A DNA stretch of 40,000 bases from contig OW818649.1 in assembly GCA_942492945.1 (NCBI GenBank), positions 1,211,019 through 1,251,018 of the forward strand, read 5' to 3'. The translations under genes were made by a program, and so were the position numbers. This document shows, one piece after another, positions 36,701 to 40,000 of the stretch (its first letter is position 1; the number at the start of each line of letters is the position of its first letter). Source of the stretch: an uncultured Bacteroidales bacterium. Its GTDB lineage: Bacteria > Bacteroidota > Bacteroidia > Bacteroidales > UBA932. The notes beneath the pieces are model-generated. The model did no database searches and was not told where the DNA came from. It saw only the letters and a list, made by a program, of their open reading frames with translations.

Positions 36701-38484
36701 TAGAAAATATTGCTTTAAACTACCAATTTTTTAAGACAGAGGGAATCGAAGACGAAGAAGTCGAAAGAAGGCAAAATTCGATATGGACAATCATCGATGA
36801 ACATAATAAGCAGAAATTAAATAATACTCAAAAACTTCTAATTGCTAGGATTGATAGGCGAAAGATGAAGCCTAAAATTGAACAAAAAGATGATAAATTA
36901 TTGATTGATTTTAATCCAGAAATTGAACCAGAGTTAAAGAAGTATAGTGAAGAAAGTCAAGCAGAGTATTCTGATTATTTTAAGTTCTCAGCATTAAGTG
37001 CATGGAGTAGAAATAAGTTCGACCAGAAACAGGATATTTCACAGTATACCCAATATGAAAATAATCCAAAATTGGTTTTTAAAGAAATTAATGAGTTATT
37101 GAATCCTGAAATTGCTAAAAACAATCATTTTGATTTTTCAACAGCAGCTTTTGCAAGCTATGTACTTCTTAAAGAACATTCCAACGTTTTAGATGCAAAA
37201 GAACTTGAATTGTGTCGGGATATAATTCATGATTTTGCAATTGCTCCGTTAAAAGAAGGTTATGGATATCAAATATCAGATGGTGTTGAAGTAGCAATAA
37301 ATTCTATTCCTTTGTTATATAGTATATTCCCTAATGCTAAATTGGAGTATAACACACTTTTACTTTTCATTTTATTTGATGAGTATCCAATAGGTGAGTA
37401 TAAGCGTGTTTGTGATTATTCAATAGAAGCAATTGTTAATTCCCTTTGGGATAAGTCAGAGGAAGATGCATTAAAAATTATTATTGCTTTTCTGAAAACT
37501 AAGCCCTTACTAAATGAATTTATCGAAACAATGGAAGGTGATGATAATAATCCTTACATTCATAGAAAACCGCAAGCCTATATAATTGAAAAGTTTTCTG
37601 AAAAATATGAAAAAGAATTAGAAAGCATATTCAAAGTTGATTTTGCAAAGTTAAACTTAGCTGATTTTGATATAAATTCCTTTAAGCTAATTGATTTAGA
37701 TACAATAATCCAATTAGTTCCGAATGACTCAAAGAACAAGTTTATCAATGAATTAATTTTAAAGGTACTACCTACTCTTTGTGAGCAATTATTAAAGGAA
37801 GAAAGGGAAAGTAACTTAATTAGGCTAAGATTTAGTTTCTTCAAGAAAATATGCTCCTTCATTTTAAATTTAGATTCTAAAAATATACCTCTCTACATTT
37901 CACCTTTCGCTGATAATCTTGCTTCAAGTGAAGAAACTAAATACTTATTAGAGGAATTTATTTCAACAGAATGTAGAATAAAAAGCTATGAGCAGTTTTG
38001 GTTAGTTTGGGATGAGTTTTATAATTCAATATTTAAAACCGTAAAAACAGGTGGTTATCACACAAAAGAAATAGTTCATAGCTATTTGCTTGCTTGGCCT
38101 TGGTGGGGGAAAGAAGATAAGCAATGGTATTCACTTAAATCTAGAGACAAGAGATTCTATAAGAAAATTGTGTCAGAATTAGGTGATAATGTTTTTGTTT
38201 TAGATTCAATATCTCAAATTCTTAATCAGATTGGAAGTGAGTTTATAAATGATGGTATTATTTGGATAAGTGATATGCTAGGAAAACATAAAAATCTATG
38301 GAGTGATAAATTGGGAATAAATACTATTTATTATTTGGAGATACTAATTCGCAGGTTTTTATATATCAATAGGGCAAAAGTTAGAAGAGAAAAAGACCTA
38401 AAAGAACGTGTTCTAACAATTCTTCATTTCTTAATTGAGAAAAGTTCTGTTAATGCATATCTTCTTCGAGAAGAAATCTTATAA
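33775..38484 (+). CDS. cassette ORF: 1569-aa P-loop NTPase with an N-terminal putative effector domain and a very long helical C-terminal region
   Basis: Walker A is ISGNGGTGKTALIKEL (GNGGTGKT at 34420-34443). Walker B is KIVIIDSAE (34597-34623). The roughly 200 aa before the P-loop include ..ETEPIERDGELIGFQAKFY.., a possible but weak PD-(D/E)xK-like motif. More than 1200 aa of unrecognised, helix-prone sequence follow. Confidence 0.75.
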   Translation: MIKLNWNIFKAKFDGQETSMFELLAYHLFCDEYNIPTGIFRFKNQTGIETEPIERDGELIGFQAKFYESKVSDNKDDIIDSLKKAKSKNKDLDKILFYLNQEFSESSSKEKKDPKNKIEIEEEAEKLNIKLIWKVQSNFEIQLAKPSISYLSEYFFSNEKSKVDSLKELGFHAKSILTPIHCDIKFKDDRIKIDRNELLIEIESQLNTSKSIIISGNGGTGKTALIKELYDRNNDKPFYIFKANEFLVKHINDLFKPYSFTFGDFLDCHENETSKIVIIDSAERLSEIDNNEPFKEFVASLIEKDWCIIFTTRNIYLDDLRFQLIHVYRLSPRNLNLENLTEEELDKLAIDYGFVIPPEIRLRRLIRNPFYLNQYLNFYSVDSQKASYSDFKTNLWKIKIQNSTYTKNNLHIEREECFLSLANDRSKSGNFYSKGESCSQEALSLLQLEEIIEYSSSNSGYFITHDIYEEWALDLIIEKNYQEHKGNVDLFFKELGTSLSIRRAFRLWITNTIIINPNDVEEIIEEVIYSSIIDASWKDEVLISILLSEMSNTFFEERKVLLFKDDFKLLKRIIFLLRTACKEVNESLMRVLKGNDEDISPEYIFTIPKGSGWCAIINLVYSELESFKIEDVSFLIPLLKEWNDEFKTGIVTRSSTKIALKFYEDITSEKEAYRYSDLSTDLVKIIIQGANEVTKELRIIFEQVIKNKWYKHSSPYNKLCKDILTKTNENIPVIKALPIEVMKLADLFWFNHDTEDDRFGYGGIDMEQYYSLNKNGLDYYPTSALQTPIYWLLRFSPKDTFDFIISFTNKAVEAFSKSKYGDTVELIDIHLDNGKIQKQFVSDAIWSMYRGTGSPVTPKVLQCIHMALEKYLLETAKFDDNGNLSGWFKYLIRNSKSASITAVVASVVIANHDKYYDTAEILFKTLQLFSYDMQRVLSEHIAKFMYGMGYGLNQRHKTFADERVKTLEDPQRKVSLENIALNYQFFKTEGIEDEEVERRQNSIWTIIDEHNKQKLNNTQKLLIARIDRRKMKPKIEQKDDKLLIDFNPEIEPELKKYSEESQAEYSDYFKFSALSAWSRNKFDQKQDISQYTQYENNPKLVFKEINELLNPEIAKNNHFDFSTAAFASYVLLKEHSNVLDAKELELCRDIIHDFAIAPLKEGYGYQISDGVEVAINSIPLLYSIFPNAKLEYNTLLLFILFDEYPIGEYKRVCDYSIEAIVNSLWDKSEEDALKIIIAFLKTKPLLNEFIETMEGDDNNPYIHRKPQAYIIEKFSEKYEKELESIFKVDFAKLNLADFDINSFKLIDLDTIIQLVPNDSKNKFINELILKVLPTLCEQLLKEERESNLIRLRFSFFKKICSFILNLDSKNIPLYISPFADNLASSEETKYLLEEFISTECRIKSYEQFWLVWDEFYNSIFKTVKTGGYHTKEIVHSYLLAWPWWGKEDKQWYSLKSRDKRFYKKIVSELGDNVFVLDSISQILNQIGSEFINDGIIWISDMLGKHKNLWSDKLGINTIYYLEILIRRFLYINRAKVRREKDLKERVLTILHFLIEKSSVNAYLLREEIL

Positions 38485-38641
38485 AAACTAAATGGAGTAC
38501 GAATTATGAATATAAAACAGCCACCCCTTCGCACCCATACACATTGCCAAGTCGCTCAAAAGAGCCAACACACAGACCTAAACTTGTCAAAGAGTATGGT
38601 TGCCCGAACGCACGAACTGACGGAGGAAATAAAGCACGAAA

Positions 38642-38773
38642 ACACAACATCGTGTATAGTTCATTTGGCGGATGGTGTTAATTTTAAGGGTGTTGCATTT
38701 AATAAACGGTGTTGCGGTTTGATAGGTTGGTGCTTCGATTCGCCAAACGACACCATACACATAACCGTTATGC
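38642..38773 (+). repeat. attC-like site (132 bp)
   Basis: AAACACAAC is the reverse complement of the cassette start GTTGTGTTT (33621). The arms are atcgtgtatag..tttggcg and cgccaaacg..catacacat. The right core is GTTATGC. Confidence 0.7.
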
Positions 38774-38801
38774 ACCATATTATTTAACGAAACGAGAAAC
38801 A

Positions 38802-39419
38802 ATGAAAAAACTATTCTTTCTTTTCTTTATCCTTTACTCAAGCATAGTGAATGCACAAGGATTATTAGGAACTCCTAAAAGTTTGATATTAGTTTATAAT
38901 TATCCGAAAAATAACTTTTATATTGAGATTTACGGTGTCGATAAAAGAACAACTGAAAGAAAAAATGTTTTCAATATCGATAATAAAACAGTTCAAATTT
39001 TAGTACTTAATAAAGCGAAATTTCTTACTGATACGCTCATCGAATTCTCGAACATTGACTTGATGAAAATTTATATTAATTGGGAAATAAATTATATAGA
39101 AAATAATTTATATAAAAACACGAACAATAAATATGAATTTCTTAAATCAAAAAAAGGGAGAGACATTGCATTCTGGACGTATGAAATGCCAACAGGTGAT
39201 CCAGAAATTGTGACTGGTTCCACTCGTACAACACCAACTTTGAAACAAATGTTTGTTATAACAAGGTCAAAAGATTATATAATAGGAATAAACTCGCCTT
39301 TGTTTGAAAAAGAAAGGTATAATGAAATTAAAGGCTACTTGATTACTAACATTGACGGTCTGGTTGAATCAGAGAAAGAAATTGATGTCGATGAATTAAA
39401 CAAAAAATTGAATAAATAA
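38802..39419 (+). CDS. cassette ORF: hypothetical secreted protein
   Basis: Signal peptide MKKLFFLFFILYSSIVNAQG. Start moved from 38709, because the upstream part of the track ORF lies inside the preceding attC. Confidence 0.6.
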   Translation: MKKLFFLFFILYSSIVNAQGLLGTPKSLILVYNYPKNNFYIEIYGVDKRTTERKNVFNIDNKTVQILVLNKAKFLTDTLIEFSNIDLMKIYINWEINYIENNLYKNTNNKYEFLKSKKGRDIAFWTYEMPTGDPEIVTGSTRTTPTLKQMFVITRSKDYIIGINSPLFEKERYNEIKGYLITNIDGLVESEKEIDVDELNKKLNK

Positions 39420-39429
39420 AAAATACGGT

Positions 39430-39565
39430 GTATAACACGTGGCAAAAAATACTGGGGTTAGACCTTACAGATGCGGGGGTTTTATTACTTTTAACTAAGT
39501 TTCTAACGGCGGATAAATGTTCTGTTTCTAACTCCCCAACATTTCTTGCCACGGAAACGTTAGCG
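39430..39565 (+). repeat. attC-like site (136 bp)
   Basis: GGTGTATAAC differs by 1 mismatch from the reverse complement of the cassette start GTTATGCACC (38767). The arms are acgtggcaaaaaatactgggg and ccccaacatttcttgccacg. This site is homologous to the attC at 22881-23013. The right core is GTTAGCG. Confidence 0.8.
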
Positions 39566-39605
39566 GTAATTAGAGATCACGACATAAAACAAAATAAATT
39601 AATAA

Positions 39606-39866
39606 ATGGAACTACCTAGAGACAGGGTAATAATAGCAGGTGACGTGAGCGATAGAGACGGAATTGGAGTTGAAATTTATCGTGACAACAAGTTAGTAAT
39701 CGAAATATTTCGTGATGACACAAAACGGACAAGAACTGTAACACTTTTTCAAAAAGACTTATCATTAGACTTACTCGAAGAAAGTATTGAGATTTTCAAA
39801 AAAGAAGTTCCTTGGGACTTTATTGAATATGATAATAATAATTTAGACAAGAATTTGAGAAAATAA
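39606..39866 (+). CDS. cassette ORF: hypothetical 86-aa acidic protein (copy 2 of 2)
   Basis: The protein is identical to 24604-24864. The whole 367-bp cassette (39559-39925) appears to repeat 24557-24923. Confidence 0.6.
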   Translation: MELPRDRVIIAGDVSDRDGIGVEIYRDNKLVIEIFRDDTKRTRTVTLFQKDLSLDLLEESIEIFKKEVPWDFIEYDNNNLDKNLRK

Positions 39867-39874
39867 TTAACTAC

Positions 39875-39932
39875 CGCTAACAGCAACTTGCATTCACGCT
39901 AACGCGCAAACTGCAAGCCGCAACCGTTACCA
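39875..39932 (+). repeat. attC-like site (58 bp)
   Basis: Same as 24873-24930, except the right core is GTTACCA, supplied by a different downstream cassette that runs off the window. Confidence 0.8.
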
Positions 39933-40000
39933 ACAAGCCTGAAAAACTGCATAATGCACTATTTTGCCGCAGAATGACAAAAAATAAAAGATTTTATGAT

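Larger units (their letters stand above)
20368..39932 (+). mobile_element. integron-like gene cassette array (at least 18 cassettes, continuing past the window end)
   Basis: Eighteen attC-like imperfect palindromes each have a left core ending in AAC and a right core starting with GTT. All ORFs are co-oriented. Each cassette's left core is complementary to that cassette's own 5' boundary. Repeated cassettes have boundaries exactly at the GTT cores. Confidence 0.85.

Noticed and set aside
38506-38802. ORFs 38506-38787 (+), 38587-38802 (-), and the upstream extension of 38709-39419
   Set aside because: They span the GC-richer 3' untranslated flank and the attC palindrome of the giant cassette. 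The real downstream gene starts at its signal peptide (ATG 38802).
20233-39932. Regularly spaced repeats that could be mistaken for a CRISPR array
   Set aside because: The repeats are imperfect palindromes of variable length (52-136 bp) and variable sequence. The 'spacers' are 0.3-5 kb and contain co-oriented ORFs. No cas genes are present. The core pattern (AAC...GTT) fits attC-type recombination sites instead.

Overview
This looks like a Bacteroidetes (probably Bacteroidales) chromosome segment with two very different parts. Positions 1-15.5 kb carry ordinary housekeeping genes: a selD/dsrE-like/selU selenouridine cluster (selD is partial and missing from the ORF track), a FadL-type outer-membrane channel, an S9/DPP-IV-like peptidase, a YfcE-type phosphoesterase, an HGSNAT-like membrane acyltransferase, rsmE, tsaC, an EEP-family protein, a rhomboid protease, mutL and ispF. 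This part ends at a tRNA-Met(CAU) followed by a cluster of hairpins and direct repeats. Positions 16-19.3 kb are a small accessory stretch with a lipoprotein, a decayed DUF1016 nuclease gene and a TlpA-like thioredoxin lipoprotein. The main item runs from 19.4 kb to the window end. A 283-aa Xer/IntI-like tyrosine recombinase lacks the insertion that defines canonical integron integrases. It is followed, in the same orientation, by at least 18 integron-style gene cassettes (20368-39932, continuing past the window). Each cassette ends in an imperfect palindromic attC-like site, with a left core ending in AAC and a right core starting with GTT. In all 17 distinct cassettes, the 8-10 nt ending in AAC are the reverse complement of the 8-10 nt starting with GTT at that cassette's own 5' boundary (14 exact, 3 near-exact). 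That is the footprint expected from circular cassettes recombined at G|TT. One 289-bp ORF-less cassette is present three times and one 367-bp cassette twice, always with boundaries exactly at these points. The cargo includes a SUKH/SMI1-type immunity protein, several signal-peptide or lipoprotein orphans, a TIR-domain protein, two HEPN-motif (RNxxxH) proteins and an unusually large 5.1-kb cassette encoding a 1569-aa P-loop NTPase. A group II intron (RT/maturase, domains V/VI recognisable) splits one attC. From sequence alone I cannot show that the recombinase acts on these sites. The locus resembles both chromosomal integrons and the recombinase-associated orphan-immunity arrays reported in Bacteroidales.
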